Shown here: positions 50,420 to 60,054 of the stretch, one piece after another | Numbering within the stretch: position 1 is the first letter of the stretch | Layout of the letters: every line of letters starts with the position of its first letter | Assembly: GCA_965209155.1 (NCBI GenBank) | Contig: OZ242383.1 | Location: 960,001 to 1,024,000 of the forward strand | DNA: 64,000 nt | Direction of reading: 5' to 3' | Source of the DNA: a bacterium | Lineage (GTDB): Bacteria; SAR324; NAC60-12 | Made by a program: the position numbers and the translations under genes | Notes under the pieces: generated by a model | Told to the model about the DNA's origin: nothing | Database searches by the model: none | Seen by the model: the letters and a program-made list of their open reading frames with translations, nothing else

Positions 50420-50914
50420 CTATTGGAAGCCCCCTATAGCTGCCTGCATAGGCGTCATGCGCATACCGTTGTCACTGATTTCGTCTCCTGCAATATCGAA
50501 TCCCAGCTTGGAATAAATGGGAAGCCCATACGGTGAAGCATTGAGCGTAATTGCTGTTGTATCCAGGTGTCGGGCCTTAATCTCTTGCACTGCCGCGTAT
50601 GGGAGTTGTCGCCCGATTCCCTGCGACATAAATGCTTCTGAGACGTACAACCAACTGATATGCGTTTCATCACGCACTTTGACCACACCAGCAATGTCGG
50701 AGTCCTTCAAAGCCAATAGAACGATTTCTCCTTTTTCAATTGCCTCGACTAGACTCGCTACTGTTACGTCGGTGTGAAACCTTTTGACGCCTTCGGCCGT
50801 GTAGTCCGGGGCTATGAAATCATCGAATGATCGTAGCACCAACGCGATGACTGGCTCCGCCTCTGCTTTGAGTGCAGGACGAATGTGGAGCGGATTTGTT
50901 TTGTCAGCGCGCAT
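50420..50914 (-). CDS. GNAT acetyltransferase with integron-cassette-like ends
   Basis: LYV....QGIGR, NASPYG.PIY.KLGF; flanked by complementary GTTATGGGGCC/GGCCCCATAAC. Confidence 0.85.
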   Translation of the reverse strand: MRADKTNPLHIRPALKAEAEPVIALVLRSFDDFIAPDYTAEGVKRFHTDVTVASLVEAIEKGEIVLLALKDSDIAGVVKVRDETHISWLYVSEAFMSQGIGRQLPYAAVQEIKARHLDTTAITLNASPYGLPIYSKLGFDIAGDEISDNGMRMTPMQAAIGGFQ

Positions 50915-50979
50915 TGGCCCCATAACAGCTGATTCTGGCAATGTGACTATATTTAAAATCCATAGCGTTTCTCTCTTTG

Positions 50980-51723
50980 TTAGACGTTGTCGGCCAGGAA
51001 TTGTTGCGCCCCATCCACGATCAGGTGTCGCAACTCGATCATAGCCATGAGGTCCGAGTGCAGCTTGCCGCCAGCGTCGTGGATGCGGTCCGCCACCTGG
51101 CGCTGCGCGGTGACTACATCGGGATGCTCCGGTTGCCCCGGAAGACCCATGGACTGCGCCAGGTCATTCGGACCAAAGACATAGGCATCGATGCCTTTGA
51201 CCTCAAGAATGGCGTCCAGGTTCTCGAATGCCCTGGTGCTCTCGAGTTGACACAACACGAGCATATTGGCGTTGCTCTGCCGCATGGTCTCGGTGCGCTC
51301 GCTACCCGAGATGTCGAGCAACGAGGCGTGATTGTAATAGTTGCCCCGGCCACCGCCCCAGCTTCGTTGACCGTCGGGCCCAAACAGGCACGCGTCGACG
51401 AGCACCTGGGCCTCTTCCGCGGTTTCGATATGCGGTCCCATAATGCCGGTGACGCCGCGATCGAGAAACGAATTGATGGTCGAGCCGCTGATATCCGGCA
51501 CCCGTGCGGTCACGGTGAGCCCAAAGCCATCGGCGACCCGGCACATCTCGTCAATCGACTCTGGCGAGAACAGCCCGTGTTCGCCGTCCAAGTGGACAAA
51601 ATCGAAGCCGCCGAGCATGCCGATGATCTCGATGGCCTCGGCACTTGGATAAACCAGGCCAAGACCGAGACCTTGCTTGCCCTGCTTGTTTTTCTCAATG
51701 ATATTATTCGTTCTAAAGCGCAT
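50980..51723 (-). CDS. HpcH/HpaI aldolase family protein
   Basis: LDGEHG, RVPD, LDRG..GIMGPH, QLES and FGPNDLA.SMG. Confidence 0.92.
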   Translation of the reverse strand: MRFRTNNIIEKNKQGKQGLGLGLVYPSAEAIEIIGMLGGFDFVHLDGEHGLFSPESIDEMCRVADGFGLTVTARVPDISGSTINSFLDRGVTGIMGPHIETAEEAQVLVDACLFGPDGQRSWGGGRGNYYNHASLLDISGSERTETMRQSNANMLVLCQLESTRAFENLDAILEVKGIDAYVFGPNDLAQSMGLPGQPEHPDVVTAQRQVADRIHDAGGKLHSDLMAMIELRHLIVDGAQQFLADNV

Positions 51724-51781
51724 GATGGGTTCCTTATCACATTGTGTTAAATCGAATTGCCCAAGTCGGGAAGTCTGTGCA

Positions 51782-52208
51782 TCAGTCGATCTCGGGCGTT
51801 AATTGTTCTGTTCCGGCCTCGGCTAGCCCGTATATTTGCAATACCGAGAAGTCGTCAGAGACCCGCGTTTCGTTATGAAGGATTCTTGTGCGATAGAAAG
51901 TAAGTGTCTCCCTCTTTGAAGGTTAATGTCCCTTCTATCCCTTCAATCACCAAATCGATCCACCCCGATAGGACATAGTTAAATTGAAAGTCATAGTCAT
52001 GACGGTGCATCCCGGTCGTACCTTTCTCGGTACGTACTTCCTGATTAATTCTAATGATCTCCCCGTGGAAGTTTCCCCCTGTTGCTTCTGCGAGGCCAAG
52101 GTCGGCATATAATCCAGACCTGCGAAGGCCCGGTCCAAATTTGCGATCCTTAGCATAGGTGAAGGCCGGTTTTTGCTTGTTCCAGCCTGTCAGTCGTTGT
52201 TCACTCAT
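51782..52208 (-). pseudogene. Cupin-domain protein, frameshifted near 51885
   Basis: TGMHRH.YDFQFNYVLSGW; continues in a shifted frame as ILHNETRVSDDFSVLQIYG...TPEID*. Confidence 0.8.
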
Positions 52209-52292
52209 TTTTGATCTCCTTTGATTAAGTTAAGCTTTGAGAGAGGCGAAAGCCAGAGGTTCTATCATTCACCACGCCCTGTTTCTCGTCAC

Positions 52293-52357
52293 TTCACGTG
52301 ATCGACTGGAATCCATCGACGGTAATTGCCTGGCCCGTGATAAAGTTCGGCTCGGCT
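52293..52357 (-). pseudogene. SDR1 3'-end fragment (operon copy C)
   Basis: AEPNFITGQAITVDGFQSIT*. Confidence 0.85.
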
Positions 52358-52373
52358 AGTTTTGAATAGAATT

Positions 52374-52784
52374 TTAGGAGTGACTTTCTTGTGCTAATAG
52401 CTTCCAAAATGCCCTCGGTGATAAAATCGTGAGTCCTTGATACTCTTTTAAAGCCAACAATTCATAGTCTCCTGTGACTAAAATATCTGCTTGTCCTTTT
52501 AGAGCAGAAGCTAGTATCCATAAATCATCTTTATCATCAATATCGGCATCTGTAACTTTTTCAGGTTTAGGAATAATCGGTTCTTGTTTCAGAAAATTGA
52601 GAGTATTCACGACTGCTTTCTCTGGCATTTGAAATTTTTTGCTTAAAATTCTTTGCAATTCAGTCAAGACGACTTCTCCAATCAGCAGTTCATGCTCTGT
52701 GAGAATCACTCGCATTACATCAGCGCACAATCCACGTGTTGCAAAAGCACTCACCAAAACATTCGTATCCAAAAATACTTTCAT
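52374..52784 (-). CDS. PIN-family toxin
   Basis: VFLDTNVLVSA, EL, D.DD..IL and LVTGD.ELL. Confidence 0.9.
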   Translation of the reverse strand: MKVFLDTNVLVSAFATRGLCADVMRVILTEHELLIGEVVLTELQRILSKKFQMPEKAVVNTLNFLKQEPIIPKPEKVTDADIDDKDDLWILASALKGQADILVTGDYELLALKEYQGLTILSPRAFWKLLAQESHS

Positions 52785-52999
52785 GAAACATCCTGAAAGA
52801 TGTCTTCATCCGTGAGATATCCTGCTGCTTCTGCAAATGGCATTGTCTTTCCCCTTAGTTGTTCAAACAGAATCACAGAGAGTTGTCTTCGTAAAGCACT
52901 TCGTACAATGTCGCTACGGCTTTGGCCCGTTTGGGTCGATACTGTATTCAGCATTTGATCGAGTGTTTCATCGAGACGAATCGTAATTTCAGTGTTCAT
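52781..52999 (-). CDS. CopG/RHH antitoxin
   Basis: ITIRLD...SRSDIVR.AL; ATGA overlap with the PIN gene. Confidence 0.88.
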   Translation of the reverse strand: MNTEITIRLDETLDQMLNTVSTQTGQSRSDIVRSALRRQLSVILFEQLRGKTMPFAEAAGYLTDEDIFQDVS

Positions 53000-53240
53000 A
53001 GACCTCCTTGTTGAGAAAAAGATAAACCCGTTTTGTCATACAATGTATTACAATATGTGAGGATCACAAGAAAAAATCTCAATTCAGGATCGGCTCTTCC
53101 AGCCAGATTTCAATTGTCTTTTAAAAAGACAAATAAAGGTTTGACCCCTTTACATTTAAACCTTGAATAAAGCGAAAAAAGATTTGACCCCTTTTCTTGT
53201 TTCTTTTTTCATTTTACCTCACTATTTCGGACTGGTCGAC

Positions 53241-53378
53241 TTAAAACTCGATGATCGCCCGGCCGAGAATCTCACCGGCTTTCAGGGCATCATACGCCTC
53301 GTTGGCCTGCTCCAGTTGGTAGCGGGTCTTCACCAGTTAGTCGAGCGGGAACTTGCCCTTCCGGTGCCAGCGGAGATA
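53241..53378 (-). pseudogene. Zn-dependent alcohol dehydrogenase C-terminal fragment
   Basis: GKFPLD*LVKTRYQLEQANEAYDALKAGEILGRAIIEF*. Confidence 0.75.
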
Positions 53379-53379
53379 C

Positions 53380-53847
53380 ATCTATCGTGACAACCTTGCC
53401 AATTGTGCCATCAGTAATAAGTGCTCGCGCCTTTCTCAAGTGCGGGTTCCGTCGATGCGTGAAAGCCTCCACAAGCACAACATTGTTCCTATGGGCGGCA
53501 TCGATCATTCGTTGGCAATCTTTCGCTGATGCGGCCAGTGGCTTTTCGCACAAAATATGTTTTCCGGCTTCTGCCGCCTTGACAGTCCATTCACAGTGCA
53601 TGCTGATCGGCAGTGGAATGATCACAGCGTCTATCTCAGGGTCGGCTAGTTGATCTTCATAGGACCCATACCATCGATTGATTCCGTGTTCATCTGCCGC
53701 GGCTTTAGCCTTGGAAACCGTTCGTGATGAGATTGAAACAATTTCTGAGTTTTTCGATTCGAGCGAGGCAGGAAGGTGGGCCTTCATGCCAATCTGTGAA
53801 GTCGAAATAAGACCATACCGAACAATTTTCTTTTTCATGTCTTTCAC
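53380..53847 (-). pseudogene. Gfo/Idh/MocA oxidoreductase, 3'-truncated copy
   Basis: Near-identical to the first ~156 codons of 58136-59188. Confidence 0.9.
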
Positions 53848-53900
53848 CTATCCAGCGCGTTTTCAATTGGGTGGTTCTCGTCGTCAAATTACGTCACCTC

Positions 53901-54647
53901 TCAATAACTCCCTGGCGCCACATGCGCAGTGACCAGGTTGCTACCGCCATCAACATCGAGTATCGACCCGGTGATAAACGATGCCTCGACGGAGGCGAGA
54001 TAGGCGATCGCGTTGGCAATTTCCTCCGGCCTACCGAGCCGCCCTATCGGCAGGCGCTCCGAGACAGCAGCCTCCACCGCTGCCGGGTCGCCAGTTTTTG
54101 CCATTGCGTCGCGAGCAAAAGGCGTCAACGTGGCACCCGGACAGACCGCATTCACCCGAACGCCTTGGCGGGCATACTGCAACGCCATTTGCCTGGTAAG
54201 CCCAATCACACCGGCTTTGTTGGCGCAGTAGGCGGCTTTGTTCGGCATCGGATTCAGCCCGGCCACGGAGGCGACATTGACGATGGCGTCGGATGCCTGT
54301 TTGAGCATGTGGGGAAGAGCGAACTTGCACCCCAGGAAGACAGCGGTCAGGTTCACCGCCATCATTCGATCCCATTCTTCGATGGTGGTGTTAATCACGT
54401 CCCCCTCGCCATGAGTAATGGCATTGTTGACTAAAACATCAATCCGACCGGTTTCACTCACTGCTCGTTCGACCAGCCCACTGAGCGCATCGGGATCGGT
54501 CACGTCGCAGATGACTTCGATGAAGTCGTGTGGTGTTTCCCCAAAAGCCAGGTCTGTGCCGTAGACTCGGTCTCCGAGTTCCAAGAATTTCCGGGCGGTC
54601 GCTTCGCCGATGCCGCCTCGCGCGCCGGTAACGATTACTGTTCTCAT
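53901..54647 (-). CDS. SDR2 (intact)
   Basis: TGARGGIG, NNA, YCANK and ITGSILDVDGG. Confidence 0.92.
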   Translation of the reverse strand: MRTVIVTGARGGIGEATARKFLELGDRVYGTDLAFGETPHDFIEVICDVTDPDALSGLVERAVSETGRIDVLVNNAITHGEGDVINTTIEEWDRMMAVNLTAVFLGCKFALPHMLKQASDAIVNVASVAGLNPMPNKAAYCANKAGVIGLTRQMALQYARQGVRVNAVCPGATLTPFARDAMAKTGDPAAVEAAVSERLPIGRLGRPEEIANAIAYLASVEASFITGSILDVDGGSNLVTAHVAPGSY

Positions 54648-54807
54648 CTTACATCTCCTTCCAAGAAGTCGTGTGGTGTTTTCCCAAAAGCCAGGTTTGT
54701 GCCGTAGACTCGGTCTCCGAGTTCCAAGAATTTCCGGGCGGTCGCTTCGCCGATGCCGCCTCGTGCGCCGGTAACGATTACTGTTCTCATCTTACATCTC
54801 CTTCCAA
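54522..54807. repeat. ~143-bp tandem duplication of the SDR2 5' end
   Basis: gaagtcgtgtgg...ttctcatcttacatctcc(c)ttccaa occurs twice. Confidence 0.9.
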
Positions 54808-54875
54808 TTCGTTCCTTGTTTGTCAATAATAAACTGGGTATAGTTATCTTTGATCTCCTATATTTAAACGACATT

Positions 54876-55320
54876 TTACATTTTCTTCCAATCCGTTCCT
54901 TCCTGAAACCCATGGGCGGCCCGGTAAATGGTGGATTCGTCAAAATGCTTTCCAATGAGCTACAAACTCACTGGGAGACCCTCTGACATCCTACAAGGAA
55001 TGGCCATTGCCGGGTGGTGAGTGAGATTAAAGGGGCATGTATTTGCGTGGTATGGGACACATCCTTTTACATATTCTTCTCGACTTGCATCAGGAGCCGG
55101 CATCGGTGGAGCCTTAATCGTAGTTGGCATCGCCAGCAAATCAAAATCATCAAAAACCTTGTCATACGCCGCTCTCAGCAGTCTACTCAGATTGATTGCC
55201 TTTCCATAATAGCGATCCCCGTAATACTTTCTGATGTAGGTACTAAACATAAATACCAACTTCGCGTTTTCAGGCAGTTCATTTGCCCGGTTTCGCCAAT
55301 TCCTGCAAAAATCCATCAGA
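54876..55320 (-). pseudogene. Amidase C-terminal fragment with a nonsense codon
   Basis: YYGKA.NL, DLLAMPT, NTCPFNLTHHPAMAIP, GLPVSL*LIGKHFDE. Confidence 0.85.
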
Positions 55321-55329
55321 CCATTTATT

Positions 55330-55650
55330 TTACGCTTTTATCCGAAAATCAAGAGCATGAGGTTCACGTTCAAGCAGTTCCAATAATACTTGGGTAGCTC
55401 CGGTTGGTGTTCTTTTCCCTTGTTCCCACTGCCTCACTGATGAGAGACTCACATTGAGCAGTTTCGCAAAAACTGATTGTGAGAGGGCTGCTTTTTTCCG
55501 GATATTTCGGATTTTATTGGCAGTGAGATTGACCTCCTTGAAATCGATTCCCAGAGATTTTAACTCTTTTTCACTAAAGTCAACATCCATCCCTGCATCG
55601 AGGAACCCCTGGAGCGTTTCTTTCAGTGCACTTTTAACACTATTCCTCAT
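55330..55650 (-). CDS. HigA-like XRE HTH antitoxin
   Basis: IRKK..LSQSVFAKLLNVS..SVRQWEQG.R.P. Confidence 0.9.
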   Translation of the reverse strand: MRNSVKSALKETLQGFLDAGMDVDFSEKELKSLGIDFKEVNLTANKIRNIRKKAALSQSVFAKLLNVSLSSVRQWEQGKRTPTGATQVLLELLEREPHALDFRIKA

Positions 55651-56020
55651 CTTGAATCTCCACCAAATAATATTCTTGTCTGTCTACCAATTCTTTCATT
55701 TCCAACACAGATTGAGACAATATCGTTTTTGATAATTTTTTAAAAAACTTCAGTTCTGTCTGATCAAGGTTTTCCTTTTCATTTTTCGAAAAACCAAAAA
55801 CAAAAATGGCTCGATCATCCTTCTGATATACGAGAATGGTTCTATATCCTCCACTTTTGCCACCTCCAGATTTAGCCACTCTGATTTTATAAAGGCCAGA
55901 TCCTAAATCTACAGAACCTTTTCCCCCATTCATATTTGAAATTGCCTGATTGAGCAGGTCATCCGTAATTTTATTCTTCCTGGCCCATCGGTTAAACCAT
56001 TTGGTTTTGAGCTTCCACAT
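55640..56020 (-). CDS. RelE/ParE (HigB-like) toxin
   Basis: DLGSGLYKIRVA..GKSGGYR and FSKNEKENL. Confidence 0.9.
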   Translation of the reverse strand: MWKLKTKWFNRWARKNKITDDLLNQAISNMNGGKGSVDLGSGLYKIRVAKSGGGKSGGYRTILVYQKDDRAIFVFGFSKNEKENLDQTELKFFKKLSKTILSQSVLEMKELVDRQEYYLVEIQDEE

Positions 56021-56146
56021 TTTTTAAATATACTACATTGTGGTATATTTAGGAATAAGAAAAAAGTTTCAATGGGAGAATGCGATGATTTCTTAAGGAA
56101 AAATCAGGACTACAATATGACTGAAAGTAGCTCTGGTTTTTACATA

Positions 56147-56735
56147 TCAGCGATTCGGCATATTGAGATCTAAAAATATTCCTGCTTCGACAATATCGAT
56201 GATATCTTCATCGTGGGCGTCTTCCAAATGAGGGTATCTTGGTAGGGTATGAAAATAAGCGGTATGTTGCACTAAACGTTCTAATTTCTTGAGTTTATTT
56301 TCCACCGGACTGGGCGTCCCCCACTGACTACCCCGACCAATCTTTTTAGGGACTTCGCCCGGCCGGGTAGAGTTTTCAAAATAAGCGCCTGCCTCTTTAC
56401 TCGTGAATCCATATTGACTCAATACCACTCTTTGCGTTCTCCCTTGACAATCTGTCTCTCTTGTTTGGGAAACACAAAGTTAGCTTCATACCACTCGGTC
56501 CCGAGAAGCATGCCAGGCTGATCACGGATTGGTAAGGCTCCAAGGCTTTTGATATGTGGTTGCTGCCTGAGTACCGTAAGGGCTTCGGGGAGCAAGAATA
56601 CATCGCGCACCTTATGCCATTTGGGAAACCAACCCAACCCGAACTTGGTTGGACAATGCGGTTTATGATAATACTCCGTGGTCAAAGACGCAGGGAGTGA
56701 CCCTTCGCTGCAAGAACTTTTTCAAGTCCTCTTCC
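56147..56735 (-). pseudogene. Unidentified gene fragment, probably frameshifted
   Basis: Two overlapping track ORFs (56147-56428 and 56419-56685); family not recognised. Confidence 0.3.
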
Positions 56736-56784
56736 CTAATTCTCAGTTCTCGCCCGATTTGACAAGTCAGAAGCGATGCGTCGT

Positions 56785-57065
56785 TCCTTATTGCGTGTGT
56801 CCGTAGACCATGCAATATAACGCTCCCCATTTTTCACATCCACACTTTCAAGCAATCCGATGTGGCATTCGGCATCGTCACGGACATCCACAGTCATCCA
56901 GGGTCGGTAAGCCTGGGTCTGTTCGTATTGGCCTAAAAGCATCATTTCAATATTGTGATGCCAATCTCCTTTTTCTTTTTGATGTGCCGACAAAATTGGG
57001 CCCACATTGTCACCGGGACAGCAAGTGATTGCATCCCAATTGCCGTTTTCCTGAGTGAGCCTCTT
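56785..57065 (-). pseudogene. NAD-dependent epimerase/dihydroflavonol-reductase-like fragment
   Basis: WDAITCCPGDNVGPIL, VDVRD.AE.H and GERY. Confidence 0.7.
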
Positions 57066-57420
57066 CATTCAAGGCATTCATGTCCATTCCAGCGCAAAAA
57101 CCGCCTAAAAGAGCGTAGCGATTTCTATGGTAGGGCGCATCTCCAATCTTTAATCTGGGAGATTCAGCACGCGCTTGGCGATAATGTTCAGTTGCACTTC
57201 GGAGGTTCCGCCTTCAATGGGATTGGCTCTTGAGCGTAGCCATTCTCGGGTGATGCCCAATTCTTTCCTGGAAAAACCATCTCCGCTCCAACCCAGGCTT
57301 TGGGCTCCTAAACTGGAAATGAGAATTTCATATCACGGGTTTCTGCACGAAATTTTTCAAGAGCTTCCAAGAGTCCTCTTTTGTTAGACGTTGTCAGCAA
57401 GGAATTGTTGCGCCCCATTC
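57066..57420 (-). pseudogene. Miniature collapsed operon: HpcH end, ACAD1 start, ACAD1 end, ACAD2 end, enoyl-CoA hydratase snippet
   Basis: Direct matches to 50975-51012, 45279-45325, 63127-63312 and 61984-62028, plus the peptide FCAGMDMNAL. Confidence 0.85.
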
Positions 57421-57964
57421 ACAGTGATGGAAGGCCCCAGTTCTTTCGCAAGGGAACGCGTCATACCCAGTAGGCCCGCCTTCGAAGCTGCGTAGGCAAG
57501 CTTGCTGACTGTACCACCGCTGAAGGCGGCTATAGACGAAATACTTATAATTCGACCAGAACCTCGATCTTGCATCGATGGAACAATCGCTCTCGACCAG
57601 TTGAAACACCCTTTCAGGTTCACATCAATCGTACGATCCCACTCGGATTCACTAATTTCCAGTAAGCCTTTCGAACTCCCGATCCCCGCGCTATTGACAA
57701 GAACACTGATCGACTTGTAACGCTCTAGAATGTCATCCGTCACTTCTTCAGCTTTTTCAAAGTTGCTGACGTCGGCAACGAAGGACTCAGCCCGGACGTC
57801 TGTCGCACAAAGTTTACCAGTCGCCTTTTTAGTTCGGCTTCGAGAACATCGACAAGCGCAAGATTGAAACCTTTGGCAGCGAGCGCCATGGCGCAACCAA
57901 GGCCTATCCCCCTGGCGCCTCCCGTTACCACAGCAACGGAGCTGGTATCCTCCTTTGCAGTCAT
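57416..57964 (-). pseudogene. SDR1 copy with native start, a frameshift (~57826) and 3' truncation
   Basis: MTAKEDTSSVAVVTGGARGIG; fused in frame to the HpcH tail GAQQFLADNV. Confidence 0.88.
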
Positions 57965-58005
57965 AAAATCTTCCTTTGTAGTCATAAATTTTGCCGCGAC
58001 AAGAA

Positions 58006-58139
58006 CTAGAACTCTGTCAATTTTAATTTGACGGTAGGGCCGGGTGACGTCCCGGCCTAAGAAACGCCACGCTCGCATTGGCCGGGACGTCACCCGGCCC
58101 TACCATTAATTCGTCATTTTAAATTTGACGGTGTACTAG
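58006..58139. mobile_element. MITE copy 2
   Basis: ctagaactctgtcaattttaa...ttaaatttgacggtgtactag with the same internal hairpin as 2553-2683. Confidence 0.75.
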
Positions 58140-59188
58140 AACCAGACCTCAGTTTGCGGTTTGCCAGTTGTTTCCAGATCCAAGTTTATCGCTTGGCCTG
58201 AATCGGAGGACTCATGCAGCGCCTCGAGGACCGCGGTATTTCGCAGGCCATCTTCTGCTGGGAATTCGGGAGCCTTGCCTGTGAGGACGCACTCCGAAAA
58301 TTCGTCTAACTGAACGGTGAACCGATTAGGTGCCGACGTGGCGATGGTTTGTTCATTTTGGCCATCAACTCCCTTAATGATGAGGGGACCGGAATCCTCA
58401 AACATTGACGGAATCTCGATCCTTCCTTCACGTCCGTCAATCGAAATCTGAAAACGAAAGGATGAGTGTTCCAGGCTGCTCGTTACATTGGCGACTGCAC
58501 CACCGGCAAACTCCATAATTCCACAGAATGTTGTGTCGACGCCCCAGTCACCGGAATCGTAACCAACCTCACGGACACGGATTGGTTCCGCAGAAAGAAC
58601 GAATCTTGTGGCATACACTGCGTAACTGCCGACCTCCCGCAACGCACCGTGTTCAAGCTCAGCCGAATATCGATTGGATTCCAGATCGGCCTGGCTGGTT
58701 CGGTGGCTGCAGCCAACAGCATCTATCGTGACAACCTTGCCAATTGTGCCATCAGAAATAAGTTCTCGCGCCTTTCTCAAGTGCGGGTTCCATCGATGCG
58801 TGAAAGCCTCCACAAGCACAACATTGTTCCTATGGGCGGCATCGATCATTCGTTGGCAATCTTTCGCTGATGCGGCCAGTGGCTTTTCGCACAAAATATG
58901 TTTTCCGGCTTCTGCCGCCTTGACAGTCCATTCACAGTGCATGCTGATCGGCAGTGGAATGATCACAGCGTCTATCTCGGGGTCGGCTAGTTGATCTTCA
59001 TAGGACCCATACCATCGATTGATTCCGTATTCATCTGCCGCTGCTTTAGCCTTGGAAGCCGTTCGTGATGAGATTGAAACAATTTCTGAGTTTTTCGATT
59101 CGAGAGAGGCAGGAAGGTGGGCCTTCATGCCAATTTGTGAAGTCGAAATAAGACCATACCGAACAATTTTCTTTCTCATGTCTTTCAC
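58136..59188 (-). CDS. Gfo/Idh/MocA oxidoreductase (intact)
   Basis: LADPEIDAV.I.LP...H, GKHILCEKP and G.L.EVG.Y. Confidence 0.92.
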   Translation of the reverse strand: MKDMRKKIVRYGLISTSQIGMKAHLPASLESKNSEIVSISSRTASKAKAAADEYGINRWYGSYEDQLADPEIDAVIIPLPISMHCEWTVKAAEAGKHILCEKPLAASAKDCQRMIDAAHRNNVVLVEAFTHRWNPHLRKARELISDGTIGKVVTIDAVGCSHRTSQADLESNRYSAELEHGALREVGSYAVYATRFVLSAEPIRVREVGYDSGDWGVDTTFCGIMEFAGGAVANVTSSLEHSSFRFQISIDGREGRIEIPSMFEDSGPLIIKGVDGQNEQTIATSAPNRFTVQLDEFSECVLTGKAPEFPAEDGLRNTAVLEALHESSDSGQAINLDLETTGKPQTEVWF

Positions 59189-59241
59189 CTATCCAGCGCG
59201 TTTTCAATTGGGTGGTTCTCGTCGTCAAATTACGTCACCTC

Positions 59242-59455
59242 TCAATAACTCCCTGGCGCCACATGCGCAGTGACCAGGTTGTTACCGCCATCGACATCGA
59301 GTATCGACCCGGTGATAAACGATGCCTCGACGGAGGCGAGATAGGCGATCGCGTTGGCAATTTCCCCCGACTCAGCCATCCGCATCAGTCAAATCCAGAC
59401 CCATTTCATCGGCAAGTTCTCGTATTTGTTGCGGAGTTGGTAATTGTACAGCCAT
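59242..59455 (-). pseudogene. Amidase 5' end joined to the SDR2 3' end (operon copy D)
   Basis: RBS CAGGAG; MAVQLPTPQQIRELADEMGLDLTDAD, then EIANAIAYLASVEASF...APGSY*. Confidence 0.8.
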
Positions 59456-59589
59456 TTTTTACTCTCCTGAAAAAAGTTTACCTTATTTCTTTCTGCTCCT
59501 CTTCACTCCTCAGGGGCGCGTGCTGGTCTCATCCTGGATTTGATCCTCGCTGCTCTCTGTGTCAGTCCTTGAAGATACGGGGCAATCTT

Positions 59590-59750
59590 GCCCTTCCCGG
59601 AACGAAAAGCAGGGGATGTGGATTGGCTGGATTGAGGAAATCCCTGGGGTCAATTGCCAAGAAGCAACGAGAGAAGAATTACTGGACAGTTTAAGAATTA
59701 CTTTATGGGAAGCTTTAGAGTTTAACAAGCAGGATGCAATTTCTGCTTTT
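59590..59750 (+). pseudogene. HicB-family antitoxin fragment
   Basis: WIGWIEEIPGVNCQEATREELL.SL..L.EAL. Confidence 0.75.
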
Positions 59751-59763
59751 GTTTTTATTTTCT

Positions 59764-60054
59764 CTAAGCAGCATTTACAGTGAGTTTTAGTCCAAGGCTC
59801 TTCAGCACAGAGAATAAGCTAGATAACTGTGGATTCCCTTTTTCAGAGAGCATACGGTATAAGCTTTCCCGATTAAGATTAGATTGCTCGGCAAGCTTTG
59901 CCATCCCGCCCTTTACTTCTGCGACATCTCTGAGCGCTAACAAAAACGTGTCGCTATCGCCTTCTTCCAAAGCAGCATCTAGATAAGCAGCTGCTTCTTT
60001 GGGGTCTTTCAGATCTTCTAATAATCCCTCTTTATAAGATACGGATGGTCTCAT
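59764..60054 (-). CDS. Addiction-module antidote (HigA-like)
   Basis: AAYLDAALEEGD, GGMAKLAE..LNRESLY..LS.KGNP. Confidence 0.92.
   Translation of the reverse strand: MRPSVSYKEGLLEDLKDPKEAAAYLDAALEEGDSDTFLLALRDVAEVKGGMAKLAEQSNLNRESLYRMLSEKGNPQLSSLFSVLKSLGLKLTVNAA

Noticed and set aside
50972..50990. GTCTAAC at the HpcH stop as an attC inverse core site
   Set aside because: No complementary core before the gene and no attC arm; HpcH belongs to the repeated operon.
53380..59365. Diversity-generating retroelement template/variable repeats
   Set aside because: No reverse transcriptase is seen, and differences between copies are not confined to adenines.
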